Of a stretch of 64,000 bases of DNA, positions 44,924 to 55,184 are shown piece by piece. Within the stretch, counting starts at the first letter, position 1. Every line of letters begins with the position of its first letter. A program made the position numbers and the translations under genes. Under the pieces are notes generated by a model, which did not search any database, was not told where the DNA came from, and was given only the letters and a program-made list of their open reading frames with translations. The stretch lies in the NCBI GenBank assembly GCA_963774895.1, contig CAVZGN010000001.1:450419-514418 (forward strand), given 5' to 3'. Source of the DNA: an uncultured Pseudomonadota bacterium (lineage in GTDB: Bacteria; Pseudomonadota; Gammaproteobacteria; Natronospirales; REEB76).

Positions 44924-46926
44924 TTCCCGAACTCGGTCATCTTGCGTTGATTATTGCCCTGTGTCTGGCAGCGGCCCAAAGTTTTTTTGGTCTCGGCGGT
45001 GCGCAGCGCTCCAATCTTATCTGGATGAGCGCAGTGCGCTCGGCAGCAGTCGGACAGTCCTTGTTTGTATTGCTGGCTTTTACAGCGCTGGCTTATTCGT
45101 TTCTGATGAATGATTTCTCCGTGGCTTACGTGGCAGCCAATTCCAATACTGCCTTGCCCTGGCCTTATAAATTCACGGCGGTTTGGGGCGCGCATGAAGG
45201 TTCTCTGTTGCTGTGGGTCAGCGTGCTTGCTATATGGACCCTGGCGGTCGCGCGCTTCAGCCGTCATCTGCCACAGGATTTTTCCAGCCGCGTTCTGGGC
45301 GTGCTCGGCGTGATCAGCATCGGATTCTTGCTGTTCATGCTGACCACCTCTGATCCGTTTGGACGGCTGTTGCCGCCTGCGCAACAGGGCGCAGACCTGA
45401 ATCCCGTACTCCAGGATCCCGGCATGGCGATCCATCCGCCGATGCTGTACATGGGCTATGTTGGGATGTCGGTGGCCTTCGCCTTTGCGGTAGCCGCATT
45501 GCTCAGCGGCCGCATGGATGTCATGTGGGCCCGCTGGTCGCGGCCCTGGACCCTGGTGGCCTGGCTGTTTCTGACCTGTGGAATCACGTTCGGCAGCTGG
45601 TGGTCCTATTACGTGCTGGGCTGGGGCGGGTTCTGGTTCTGGGACCCAGTGGAAAACGCGTCGTTTATGCCGTGGCTGGTTGGAACGGCGCTGGTGCATT
45701 CGCTGGCAGTAACTGAAAAACGCGGCGCCTTTAAAAGCTGGACCGCTTTGCTGGCTATCACGGCGTTTTCTCTGAGCCTGCTCGGCACCTTTCTGGTGCG
45801 TTCCGGGATCTTGATTTCGGTGCACGCCTTCGCTAGCGATCCTAAGCGCGGTATTTTTATATTGGCCATGCTCGGTTTATTTATCGGTGTCGCGCTCACT
45901 TTGTATGCCTGGCGCGCTCCCATGTTCAGCCAGCGTGGCGGGGGATTCAAAATATTTTCCCGTGAGACTTTCCTGCTGCTCAACAATGTCTTTCTGGTGG
46001 TGGCCGCAGCTGCGGTTCTGCTCGGCACGCTGTACCCGCTGGTGCTGGGAGCGCTCGGGCTTGGCCAGATTTCAGTCGGTCCACCGTACTTTGACCATAT
46101 ATTCGTACCTCTAATGGTGCCATTTTTCATTCTGGCGGGCATAGGTCCGTATGTACGCTGGAAACACGGCAATATCTCTGAAACACTTGCAAAATTGCGG
46201 GTGCCGGCAGCATTGGCATTGCTGGCGGGCGTGGTGGTGATCGTGCTGCTGCGGGCTGAGGCCAGTTTCATTGCTACGGCCGGTGTGCTGCTGGCGGCCT
46301 GGATGATCTTCAGCGCATTGCAGGAACCCGTGCAGCGTATGTGGCAGCGGCTGCATCATGGGCATGCCAGCTTGGCACACAGCATTCTCGGCATGAGCGT
46401 CGCACATTTTGGAGCTGGTCTCATGATTCTCGGCGTAACCGTAAACTCCATGCTGGGGATTACCGTGGACCAGGTGATGAAACCGGGTACCAGCGTCGAA
46501 GTGCACGGTTATAAGTATTCATTTCAAGGCGTACGGGATGTATCCGGCCCCAATTATCAGGCGGTCCAGGGTACCGTGGCGGTGACCCGTGGCGGAAAAA
46601 TACTCACGCTGATTCACCCGGAAAAGCGCCAGTTCGATACTGGTGGCATGACTACCACCGAAGCGGCCATTGCTCCGGGACCATTCCGGGATCTGTACGT
46701 GGCGCTCGGCAACCCGCTGGGGCAGGATGCCTGGAGCGTGCGTATTGAATATAAACCTCTGGTCAGGTTCATCTGGCTGGGCGGGCTGACCATGATGTTG
46801 GGCGGAATCATCGCGCTTATGGATAAGCGCTACCGGCGTACCCGGGTGCCAGTCGCAATCGACGCGAGCACCCCACCCAAGGATGCTGACGCGAATCTGC
46901 CTAAATCTCCTGCAACGGAACGCTGA
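44920..46926 (+). CDS. ccmF: cytochrome c-type biogenesis protein CcmF (heme lyase)
   Basis: 668 aa and polytopic. [11 protein letters not shown] and [19 protein letters not shown] form the WWD-type domain. Confidence 0.9.
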   Translation: MIPELGHLALIIALCLAAAQSFFGLGGAQRSNLIWMSAVRSAAVGQSLFVLLAFTALAYSFLMNDFSVAYVAANSNTALPWPYKFTAVWGAHEGSLLLWVSVLAIWTLAVARFSRHLPQDFSSRVLGVLGVISIGFLLFMLTTSDPFGRLLPPAQQGADLNPVLQDPGMAIHPPMLYMGYVGMSVAFAFAVAALLSGRMDVMWARWSRPWTLVAWLFLTCGITFGSWWSYYVLGWGGFWFWDPVENASFMPWLVGTALVHSLAVTEKRGAFKSWTALLAITAFSLSLLGTFLVRSGILISVHAFASDPKRGIFILAMLGLFIGVALTLYAWRAPMFSQRGGGFKIFSRETFLLLNNVFLVVAAAAVLLGTLYPLVLGALGLGQISVGPPYFDHIFVPLMVPFFILAGIGPYVRWKHGNISETLAKLRVPAALALLAGVVVIVLLRAEASFIATAGVLLAAWMIFSALQEPVQRMWQRLHHGHASLAHSILGMSVAHFGAGLMILGVTVNSMLGITVDQVMKPGTSVEVHGYKYSFQGVRDVSGPNYQAVQGTVAVTRGGKILTLIHPEKRQFDTGGMTTTEAAIAPGPFRDLYVALGNPLGQDAWSVRIEYKPLVRFIWLGGLTMMLGGIIALMDKRYRRTRVPVAIDASTPPKDADANLPKSPATER

Positions 46927-47468
46927 TGCGCCGTCGATTGATTTTCATTCTGCCGATGGCGGTGCTGATTGCACTCATTGGGTTCTTTTGGCGCGGTCTG
47001 TATCTCAATCCAACCATCGTGTCGTCACCGCTGATCGGCAAGCCGGTGCCGGATTTCAGCTTGTCGCGTTTGCATGATCCGAAACAGACATTCGATCAGA
47101 ACCAGCTCAAGGGTCAGGTGTCCCTGGTCAATGTCTGGGCCACCTGGTGCGTGGCCTGCCGTGATGAGCAGCAGACGCTGGTCGAATTCTCCAAGCAGAA
47201 TGTCGTGCCGATTTATGGGTTCGATTACAAAGATGACCGGCAGAGCGCCATTCAATGGCTCGCTGAACGCGGCAATCCTTATACCGCGGTGGTTTTCGAT
47301 CCGACCGGTAACGTGGCCATCAACTGGGGAATTTATGGAGCACCAGAGACCTTCTTGATTGATTCGCATGGCATCATCCGTTTCAAATATATCGGCCCTA
47401 TCACCCCCGATGTGATCCAGAAGGAATTGCTGCCTCGTATCCAGGCATTAAACCGCGAGCATACATGA
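46926..47468 (+). CDS. ccmG: thiol:disulfide oxidoreductase CcmG/DsbE
   Basis: VNVWATWCVACRDE is a thioredoxin CxxC, GVYGAPETFLID-like motifs are present, and there is an N-terminal anchor. Confidence 0.9.
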   Translation: MRRRLIFILPMAVLIALIGFFWRGLYLNPTIVSSPLIGKPVPDFSLSRLHDPKQTFDQNQLKGQVSLVNVWATWCVACRDEQQTLVEFSKQNVVPIYGFDYKDDRQSAIQWLAERGNPYTAVVFDPTGNVAINWGIYGAPETFLIDSHGIIRFKYIGPITPDVIQKELLPRIQALNREHT

Positions 47469-47881
47469 GATCCTGGATCCTGATTGTGGGCTGCATGATG
47501 TTGATGGTGTCCCACCTGGCGTGGGGGATCGATAGCGAACCGGCATTCACTGACCCCGTATTTGAGCACCGCTATGAACGTTTACTCCAGGAAATCCGCT
47601 GTTTGCAATGCATGAATGAAAACATTGCCAACTCCGATGCGCCGCTGGCCGTTGATTTCCGCCGCCAAATCCACGCGAAAGTTGCAGAGGGTCAAAGCGA
47701 GCAGCAGATCCTACAGTACATGGTCAATCGCTACGGGGATTTTATCCTTTACGATCCCCCGCTGCAGGCCAACACCTGGCTATTGTGGATGGGACCCTTC
47801 TTGTTGTTGGGTATCGCGTTGATCGTGGTGATTATGATAGTGCGGCGGCGGGCCAACATGGATGACGGGCGGGAGTCATAA
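47465..47881 (+). CDS. ccmH: cytochrome c-type biogenesis protein CcmH
   Basis: IRCLQCMNENIANSDAPLAVDFR matches the LRCxxC motif, and a C-terminal TM is present. Confidence 0.85.
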   Translation: MRSWILIVGCMMLMVSHLAWGIDSEPAFTDPVFEHRYERLLQEIRCLQCMNENIANSDAPLAVDFRRQIHAKVAEGQSEQQILQYMVNRYGDFILYDPPLQANTWLLWMGPFLLLGIALIVVIMIVRRRANMDDGRES

Positions 47882-47883
47882 GC

Positions 47884-49080
47884 ATGCTGTTTATTGCAAT
47901 TGCAGCTGTCATGCTCTGCGTCGCAGCCGCGTGCGTGGCGGTACCGCTGTGGCGGCACCGTTCGCCCGACGCTCCCTCCTATGAAACCGCCTATCGGTCC
48001 GCACATTTAAACCAAGTGGATGAACTGGCGAGGGATCTGGCGGCCGGCCGGCTCGCAACAGCCGATCATGTGGCGGCGCGCCGGGATCTGGAACGTGAGC
48101 TGGCTTTAAGCCTTAAAGCCGGTGATGTTGGAACGCATCAATACAGGTCGCCAGGACCGGGTAACCACATATTGGCGATCGCTGCCGGAGTGATTTTGTT
48201 AATCGCCATGGCCATTGGCTACTGGCAGTTGGGGAATTGGCGGGTGGCGGTTGAAGGTGTCACAGCCGCAAGTGCTTACAATATCGAGCAGATGGCGGCA
48301 GAACTATCCCATAAGCTTAACACCACTGAACCAAACAATTTGGAGGGCTGGCTGATGTTAGGACGTGCCTATGCGCTCATGGATCGATATAACGATGCAG
48401 TCCAGGCCTTTGGAAAGGCGAATAAATTATCAGGTGATGCCAATCCGGACATTCTGGCGGCTTATGCTGAAGCGATCTCGCTTGCGAATCCGGACCAATT
48501 CATGCAAAAAGCGGCGCCATTGTTCGAGCAAGTCCTGAAAATTGACCCGAACAATGAACAAGGATTATGGTACGGTGGGCTTGCTGCTTCAATACGTGGC
48601 GATAATAAGCTGGCGGTGCAGCGCTGGCAAACGCTACTTGGAGAGAATCTATCCCCACAATATCAAAAGCAGGTAATTCAGTATATTGAAGAAGCTGGCG
48701 GTCAGGCGATCGCAGCGCCTCCCATAACTGCGACAGCAATCCATATTTATCTGACGCTGGATCCAGCGTTGCTAAACAAGGTTAGCCCTGATGCAACTGT
48801 GTTTGTGTTTGCAGAATCATTGCAGCAATCTGGTGGACCACCGCTAGCCGTGCGTCGGCTTCAGGTACGCGATTTGCCGCTTGATGTAACTCTTAGCGAT
48901 GCTGACTCCATGGTGGCGGGCAGGACTTTGCAGGGTTTTCCTAAAGTCAAAGTAATTGCCCGCATTGCAATAAACGGGAATCCATTGCTCAGTCATGGGG
49001 ATTTTGAGGGTAGCGCCGTGTGGAATCGTAGCGCCAGCGATAAACTACTTGATATCGATATTAAAACCAAAGTCCCGTGA
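47884..49080 (+). CDS. ccmI: c-type cytochrome biogenesis protein CcmI (CycH), TPR
   Basis: An N-terminal TM pair, then TPR-like repeats (GWLMLGRAYALMDRYNDAVQAFGKA). It occupies the position after ccmH. Confidence 0.75.
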   Translation: MLFIAIAAVMLCVAAACVAVPLWRHRSPDAPSYETAYRSAHLNQVDELARDLAAGRLATADHVAARRDLERELALSLKAGDVGTHQYRSPGPGNHILAIAAGVILLIAMAIGYWQLGNWRVAVEGVTAASAYNIEQMAAELSHKLNTTEPNNLEGWLMLGRAYALMDRYNDAVQAFGKANKLSGDANPDILAAYAEAISLANPDQFMQKAAPLFEQVLKIDPNNEQGLWYGGLAASIRGDNKLAVQRWQTLLGENLSPQYQKQVIQYIEEAGGQAIAAPPITATAIHIYLTLDPALLNKVSPDATVFVFAESLQQSGGPPLAVRRLQVRDLPLDVTLSDADSMVAGRTLQGFPKVKVIARIAINGNPLLSHGDFEGSAVWNRSASDKLLDIDIKTKVP

Positions 49081-49138
49081 GCACTGTAATAAAGCTGTGC
49101 TAGTTTCAACGCCAATTGCAGAGTTCCTTTTTAATCTT

Positions 49139-50116
49139 TCAATGGGCAGCGCATATGTAATAGATGCTCGCAAGCGGCTCTCCGGTTCCAATGGCCTTTA
49201 TCTGTTGAGCAGCCTGCATCGCCAGGGGAGTACCACGAGCTCCAATTGCCGTTTGCACAAAATGTAATGCGGCACTTGTCCGTGTCTGACGAGAAAGGCC
49301 AGTGTCAATATCATCAGATGAAAGATAGGTATTGTCATTGACATTAGAAAATTCGGCTAAGCCAAACCAATCTTCAAATGCAACTGCGACCACGAAGTTT
49401 ATCCATGGATTTCTTGGGTCATCGGGGTGAGCACGAATATATTGTTCACCGAGCCGGATCATGGTGTGCAGCTCCTGATTTCCCTGCGCACAATTAAATG
49501 CATTTTTCAGATCCAATAAGAATGCATCTTTGCCCCACGTAGTATCTGGATATTCCTGCCATAGACTATGCAATATTTTTTCATAATCGATGGATCCCTT
49601 TGTAGGTGTGTTCTTAAATGCGATTCCATATCGTTCTAGTGTGGCACGAGCAGATTGCCATGTAGGGTCAGTTATATCCGCATTGTTGAGTCTAGCGGCT
49701 AGCCGCACCGATGCCAGCAATAGAATGGGTTTACTAACGGTAGGCGCACTTTCAGCTTTGCTCGAAACCTGAAGAAGCAGGCTGGTAAGTTGCCGTTGGT
49801 TGGCCCGTATCTCAGCGGCGGCGGTTAGAGAAGTGTAAGACAGTACGCTCTTTGCAAGCGCGGCCTGAATTCCGGGGAATTCGCTGTCTAGCTGTAGTCC
49901 CAGCTGGCGATCCACATATTGGTCGAAGCCGTCATCATCTTTGCTGGTTAAGAACCCTAAGCCATCCCGGCCGTCATATTGAATATCTACGGAGGTCATC
50001 GGACTAATGGGTACTGATTCTGAGCTTGAGCCTGCAGCTGCCAGTGCGGGCCTAGCCAAGATGAGTAAGGTTTCTATAGTGATGTAAATTTTCATGAGCT
50101 GCATATGAAAGGCCAT
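49139..50116 (-). CDS. hypothetical secreted protein, low-GC, no recognised family
   Basis: 360-aa track ORF. The probable start is at one of the Met codons 50116/50104/50095, before the hydrophobic segment IYITIETLLILARPALAAAG. Confidence 0.5.
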   Translation of the reverse strand: MAFHMQLMKIYITIETLLILARPALAAAGSSSESVPISPMTSVDIQYDGRDGLGFLTSKDDDGFDQYVDRQLGLQLDSEFPGIQAALAKSVLSYTSLTAAAEIRANQRQLTSLLLQVSSKAESAPTVSKPILLLASVRLAARLNNADITDPTWQSARATLERYGIAFKNTPTKGSIDYEKILHSLWQEYPDTTWGKDAFLLDLKNAFNCAQGNQELHTMIRLGEQYIRAHPDDPRNPWINFVVAVAFEDWFGLAEFSNVNDNTYLSSDDIDTGLSRQTRTSAALHFVQTAIGARGTPLAMQAAQQIKAIGTGEPLASIYYICAAH

Positions 50117-50242
50117 GCGATGTCTTCTAGGAAGATTTGCTGTAGATTTAGGGTTTATTGAAGAATGGATGCTGAAATCAAAATCATTTAGCATTAAAGA
50201 AATCTCATCATGCCTATGCATTTAAAATGCTAGCGTAAATTT

Positions 50243-51175
50243 TCAATGCATATTTTGCTTAACTATGCTTTGGCAATTATTATGCCTGAACAGGCTGGGT
50301 GGGATACCCACACTCTGTCTAAAAACGCTGGTAAAGTGGCTTTGCGAAGAAAAGCCACAACGCTCGCTGATATGGCTCATTGATAAAAATGTATCCGTGA
50401 GCAGTTGTTTTGCAAGTGCAATCCGACAACTGAGGATGTATTGATGTGGCGATGTTCCGAAAGTTGCCCGAAATTGCTTGATGAAATAGAAATTACTCAA
50501 TTTTGCGATTTGGGCAAGTTTACTGAGTTGCAGGTTTTTATGGAGGTTCTCTTGTATGAATACGGCCACGTGGCCAAGATCGGGTGTTTTTAGCTTCGGT
50601 GACCTATAGGATCCTAGTGAATCAATTCCATTGTTTCCATAAGCCTCAGCAAGGTGGAGCACCAGGAAGGTTGCCAGAGAATCCAAATAGGCGATACTGA
50701 CCCGTTTTGTATTTCCAGATATGAGCCTGGCAATTTCATGGGCAATTTGCGCCACGATGGGATCTCTCAAGCCCATATTGGCTAAGTTCAATAGCTTTGA
50801 ACTATGCAAGTCATGTTTTGTAGCGAGATCGCACACGAAAGTATGCGATAGCCGCATTTGCAGAACTTCTACGAACCCATCCCATTTGCAATAAACGGAT
50901 TCTCCTGCCGGACTGAAACTTACGGTATCCAAACCTAATTGAACAACCGACACCTCACCGCGCAAATGGCGTTCAAACCGAACACTTCGAGTGGAGAAAA
51001 ATACGCTGATCCACAGATCGGGGTTTGCTGGAAGCGCAACTTCTCCAGCTGGAAGGTTATAAAATAAGGCACGCAAGGCACTCCACTGGGGAAATGCCTC
51101 GGTACTCGAATAAGTGGCCGGCCTTGGCATACAAGCATCCAGGTCCTCCGAGGCCTGGATTGCCACGTCATACAT
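50243..51175 (-). CDS. AraC-family transcriptional regulator
   Basis: The C-terminal double HTH reads LSKLAQIAKLSNFYFIKQFRATFGTSPHQY...ISERCGFSSQSHFTSVFRQSVGIPPSLF. Confidence 0.85.
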   Translation of the reverse strand: MYDVAIQASEDLDACMPRPATYSSTEAFPQWSALRALFYNLPAGEVALPANPDLWISVFFSTRSVRFERHLRGEVSVVQLGLDTVSFSPAGESVYCKWDGFVEVLQMRLSHTFVCDLATKHDLHSSKLLNLANMGLRDPIVAQIAHEIARLISGNTKRVSIAYLDSLATFLVLHLAEAYGNNGIDSLGSYRSPKLKTPDLGHVAVFIQENLHKNLQLSKLAQIAKLSNFYFIKQFRATFGTSPHQYILSCRIALAKQLLTDTFLSMSHISERCGFSSQSHFTSVFRQSVGIPPSLFRHNNCQSIVKQNMH

Positions 51176-51463
51176 GCTGCTCCGCCCCTCACTAGATGCG
51201 TCTGTTTATAGGAGCTTGTGTCTATTTGGCAACTTATAGGCCAATGGCCAGATGGCGTCAAGTCATATTTAGGCGGCCGTTGATACCGGACATTAGACGA
51301 ACTTTGGGCGGAGGTGTCGTATATATACGTCACCACAATAGCAAGAAAATGACATGGCAATAGCAATATTTTGACAGTATTTACGCCAATTCTTGCCAAA
51401 CTTAAATCCCTAACGCGGAAGTCCAGCGTTCCTCTAAACCGATTTTCGAGTGGAGGCCTGACG

Positions 51464-51931
51464 ATGAAAATGTCCCGAACGACCTTTATAAGTCTCGTGA
51501 TAATCGCTGTAGTTGGTTTCTTGGCCGGTATCCCGGCATGGGCCGGTGATCCTTCGGATAATCAACCTGATCAATCCCAGGTAATGGGCATGGCGACGCA
51601 GTTGTGGAATGGCCCGACGCAGTTCCAGATGCACTGTTCCGGATGCCACGGATACTGGGGGCAGGGCATCACCATATATGGCCCACCCCTGAAAGGCGAT
51701 GCTTTCGTAATGCATGCCAGCGTCGACCTCATTGCTCAGACCATCGAGCAGGGCAGGCAGGGTGCCTTCAAGCACTTTCGCGCTTACTCCGGTATGCCTA
51801 GATTCAACCAGCTGTCGGTCGGGGAAATTTACTCGATCATCGATTACCTGAAAAACGGACTGCAGAGCGCGACTGAAGAGTCAGGACTTTCTGCAAACCG
51901 CACCGCCATTCCGTCAGGCGATCCTCCGTGA
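51464..51931 (+). CDS. periplasmic monoheme c-type cytochrome
   Basis: A ggagg SD precedes ATG 51464, and a signal peptide is present. One CSGCH site, with the distal Met in SGMPRF. It is paralogous to 53560..53928. Confidence 0.8.
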   Translation: MKMSRTTFISLVIIAVVGFLAGIPAWAGDPSDNQPDQSQVMGMATQLWNGPTQFQMHCSGCHGYWGQGITIYGPPLKGDAFVMHASVDLIAQTIEQGRQGAFKHFRAYSGMPRFNQLSVGEIYSIIDYLKNGLQSATEESGLSANRTAIPSGDPP

Positions 51932-51986
51932 GGATCACGGATACGAGATTCACTGGGTATAGCAACTTCTTCTGGGGAACTAAACC

Positions 51987-53420
51987 ATGAAACATTTACA
52001 AGAGTTACTTATCCGACTGGGCCTGACGGCGATAGGCGTGTTGACGTTGAGCGTGCTCACCGTCGGCGCGGTGCAGGCCATGCCGTCATTCTCACGCCAG
52101 ACCGGCATGAGCTGCAACCAATGCCATTTCACCCATGACCCAACGCCGAGCTTCACCATCCAAGCCATGAAGTTCCGCGCCAACGGGTACCGGTTTGCGG
52201 AACGCAGGACCAAGCTGCTGGCCGGCCAGCCGGGCGCGGAGGGCGGCGAGACGCTCGATATTCCATGGGATGACTATCTGTCTTACCGCTTCGAAAGCGT
52301 TGTCGCCAACAAATCCCAGGCGCCGGGCCAGGCTTCCACCGAACTCACTTCCAATCCGACCACCCGTCTCGCGTGGTTCGTGACCGGTCCGGTGACCAAG
52401 AACATCGGCTTCTGGAACGAGTTCTATATCGTCGGCGACTACGGCGCCAACAATTGCAGCCCGTCGACTGCGTGTACCGGGGGCAGTACCTGGGCGCCGG
52501 GTCTGGTTACTTGGGATGAATATGATCTGGTCTATACCATCAATCCCGATGCGATCCAGGACAATGGCGATATCTATAACATCCGCTTCACCAACCAGGG
52601 TCTCGATGAAGAGCCTTGGGGTCCTAATCAGATTGGCGCACCCTCCGCGATCGGCCCGCGCGGCGAACTCGATGGCAATGCGCATCCGAACCTCGGCGCC
52701 TTCCGCTTTACTGCCTGGATGCATGACCGCTGGGTCTGGCAACTCGGAGCGTGGACCGGTGATAACAACAGCGGCTGGGATCAGAAGATGGAAGATGGTG
52801 ACATCGAATATTACTTCGATAACCGCAGCGACAACACGGTGGCAGCAAGGATACAGGCGCAGACGGGTGATGATGAAATTCCGTATGTCACCACTGATGC
52901 CCTCCAGGAAGGTGCCAACCAGAATCCGCTGGTATACACCTACCATGACGCCATCACCGGCATTTCGGCGACGCGGGCGTGCGATTGCGCTTACCTGAAT
53001 ACCGATCTGAAGAACAACGTCGCCGTCGACCCAACTTTCCGCTGGCAGCGGTCGGACGTCGGGGATGACGGCGATATAAGCTGGGCCTGGGCGATCGGGC
53101 TGGCCTATGGCAGAGATGAGTACACCGATGGTGCCAGCTTCACGGAGGAACTCTTCGGAACCGGGCTCATCTGGTGCTACGCGCATACGCACTGCTTGCA
53201 GCCGACCTTCTCACACACCCTGAAGTACACATTCACCGACCACAACAATGTGTCGTACGACGTCCCCGAGCCTAATTCGTACTCTCTGAGCTACGTCTAT
53301 CAACCGGCCATGAACTTCGCGGTTGTTGTCTCGCTCTCGACCTCATCGACCACATCGCTGACCGGGCCGGCTAAAACGGGTGGGTGGAGCTTCTCGACAA
53401 CCCTTGACTTCCCAATGTAA
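51987..53420 (+). CDS. Cyc2-like fused monoheme cytochrome-porin (candidate outer-membrane Fe(II) oxidase)
   Basis: The signal peptide (...GAVQA|MP) is followed by the single heme site SFSRQTGMSCNQCH (C43-H47). The remaining ~430 aa are rich in G/Y/W/T/N/D with alternating patterns, consistent with a beta-barrel. Size and layout fit Cyc2. Confidence 0.55.
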   Translation: MKHLQELLIRLGLTAIGVLTLSVLTVGAVQAMPSFSRQTGMSCNQCHFTHDPTPSFTIQAMKFRANGYRFAERRTKLLAGQPGAEGGETLDIPWDDYLSYRFESVVANKSQAPGQASTELTSNPTTRLAWFVTGPVTKNIGFWNEFYIVGDYGANNCSPSTACTGGSTWAPGLVTWDEYDLVYTINPDAIQDNGDIYNIRFTNQGLDEEPWGPNQIGAPSAIGPRGELDGNAHPNLGAFRFTAWMHDRWVWQLGAWTGDNNSGWDQKMEDGDIEYYFDNRSDNTVAARIQAQTGDDEIPYVTTDALQEGANQNPLVYTYHDAITGISATRACDCAYLNTDLKNNVAVDPTFRWQRSDVGDDGDISWAWAIGLAYGRDEYTDGASFTEELFGTGLIWCYAHTHCLQPTFSHTLKYTFTDHNNVSYDVPEPNSYSLSYVYQPAMNFAVVVSLSTSSTTSLTGPAKTGGWSFSTTLDFPM

Positions 53421-53436
53421 CCCGTAGAAATCATCT

Positions 53437-53474
53437 GGAGGGTCGGGAAATATTCCCGACCCTCCATTTTTTTT
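53437..53474 (+). terminator. rho-independent terminator after the cyc2-like gene
   Basis: ggagggtcggg-aaatatt-cccgaccctcc followed by a T8 tract. Confidence 0.8.
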
Positions 53475-53559
53475 GCTATGATGATGTATAGGCTCACACT
53501 GCGGAAGTTAGAGATTTAAAACTCCATAATTTTTAGATAATTGTGGGAGAACCATTCTC

Positions 53560-53928
53560 ATGAACAAAAGCAACTTGATTAAAGCACTGGCCTGCGCTGT
53601 TACTGCAGCAGGACTTATCGGATTCAGTAGCGCCGATGCAGCCGATGACGACTCAGCCGGCGCCAAAATATTCCAGACCCAGGACTGCACCGGCTGCCAT
53701 GGCCCAAAAGGAGAGGGTATCGAAGGTCTGGCACCGCCGCTCAAGGGCAGCAACTTCGTGATGACGGCCAGCGAAGCGGATGTTGCACACACCATCAAGT
53801 ATGGACGTAGCGGATCGGAGAAGCATTTCAAGGACATCCAACAGGACATGCCGGCGCATCCCACTCTCAGTGATCAGCAACTTCAGGAACTTGTTCAGTA
53901 TCTGAAGAACGGCTTGCAGAAAGGATAA
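53560..53928 (+). CDS. periplasmic monoheme c-type cytochrome
   Basis: A signal peptide is present. One CTGCH site, with the distal Met in QDMPAH. The shared C-terminal YLKNGLQ is also found in 51464..51931. Confidence 0.8.
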   Translation: MNKSNLIKALACAVTAAGLIGFSSADAADDDSAGAKIFQTQDCTGCHGPKGEGIEGLAPPLKGSNFVMTASEADVAHTIKYGRSGSEKHFKDIQQDMPAHPTLSDQQLQELVQYLKNGLQKG

Positions 53929-54055
53929 CAGGCAAGTGGCTGTTTTTTAGAACCAGAGCCCGGTGTAACGGCTGTACAGGCAAGGTTGGCGTTAACGTAA
54001 CTCCAGCCTGTATCGTGATTCACCCGCATCACAATGTGAATTGAGACAAAGCAAG

Positions 54056-54820
54056 ATGTATCAGTGCCGGCTCATTGTCTGTATGACTATGATCAGCTTA
54101 TTGCTGATTGCCTGTGCGACAGCCAACGAACCGCCGCCCATCGGTTCCGAACCTACCGGCCCTACCACTTATCCCGTTACTGTGAGCGCAACGACGCTGA
54201 AATTTCTCAGCTCACCACAAGATCAAACACAAAATGGACTTGAAATAAGCCTGCATGCCTTGGATACCGTACCGCAGCTTTACTATCGCTACCAGATGGC
54301 TTCCAAGGTCAATGGAACTTACCTCGTGTTTATGATAAAACCACCAAAACTGTATTCGGTTTATCGTGTTCCATTTTATAAAAATGATCCCGACCGGGTC
54401 ATCGTCAAAGTCGAATTGACAAATCATTCAGCCCAAATCCTGGATACCGCTAATGCCGTGTGCGCGTTCGAGCTGGATGGACAAACTGTGGTGACACAGC
54501 CGCTCAAGGCGGGTGACTTACTGCCGGACCAAACGAAGGTTGTACCCGTTCAAGGACCAAGTCTGGAACAGCTCAAGGGACATGAAGAACTGGCCGTATG
54601 GATTTTTCAGCCCAGCTCGGCAAATGCGGCACTGAGCAAAACTCCTTTCAAATGGACCCTTCATTACACTTTGACAGTCGAAACCGAGGCTGCAAATGCA
54701 ATATTGGTGGCTCAGTCGCCGTACGAATCAGGGGTCAGTAATTATGCGGGACGGATTGAACCGGCCAATTCTGATACCACATCAACATCAGATACTGCGA
54801 AACCACCCCCAATCCGGTAA
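54056..54820 (+). CDS. hypothetical lipoprotein
   Basis: The lipobox-like motif LLLIAC lies near the N-terminus. I recognise no family. Confidence 0.5.
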   Translation: MYQCRLIVCMTMISLLLIACATANEPPPIGSEPTGPTTYPVTVSATTLKFLSSPQDQTQNGLEISLHALDTVPQLYYRYQMASKVNGTYLVFMIKPPKLYSVYRVPFYKNDPDRVIVKVELTNHSAQILDTANAVCAFELDGQTVVTQPLKAGDLLPDQTKVVPVQGPSLEQLKGHEELAVWIFQPSSANAALSKTPFKWTLHYTLTVETEAANAILVAQSPYESGVSNYAGRIEPANSDTTSTSDTAKPPPIR

Positions 54821-55184
54821 CCCGGTGCCGAAAGAATGCCTGATCCTGTAAAACAGGATTATCAGGGCCTGAACCGCCAACGGGCCGAAATTGCGGTAAA
54901 GAAAAATGCAATTCAGAGCTTGCTGAAGTTTCGTTAATTGTGAAAATATGCGCGTCCTTGGTAATGCTTATAGCTGCGAAAGACATCTTTTATCCACGAA
55001 AAACCTGCAAGCAGTGCGAACATCAATTAATAGCCTTTAGTGTAATTGGCTTATTTATTATTGCTTTTATTACAGCGACTGCTGTATTTTGCTTGAGGTA
55101 AATTATTGTGCACATTCAGCATCAGATATCAGCAGTATCTGATGGCGCTGGCTTTCGTAGAAACTGAACGATTAGGTCATTCCG

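Noticed and set aside
52092-53192. 366-aa minus-strand ORF.
   Set aside because: It is antisense to the cyc2-like gene and has no SD or recognisable motifs. It is a shadow ORF.
54964-55101. 45-aa ORF (MLIAAKDIFYPRKTCKQCEHQLIAFSVIGLFIIAFITATAVFCLR) with a CxxC and one TM, below the track's length cutoff.
   Set aside because: It has no convincing SD, is AT-rich, and lies between two hairpins. The coding status cannot be supported from sequence alone.
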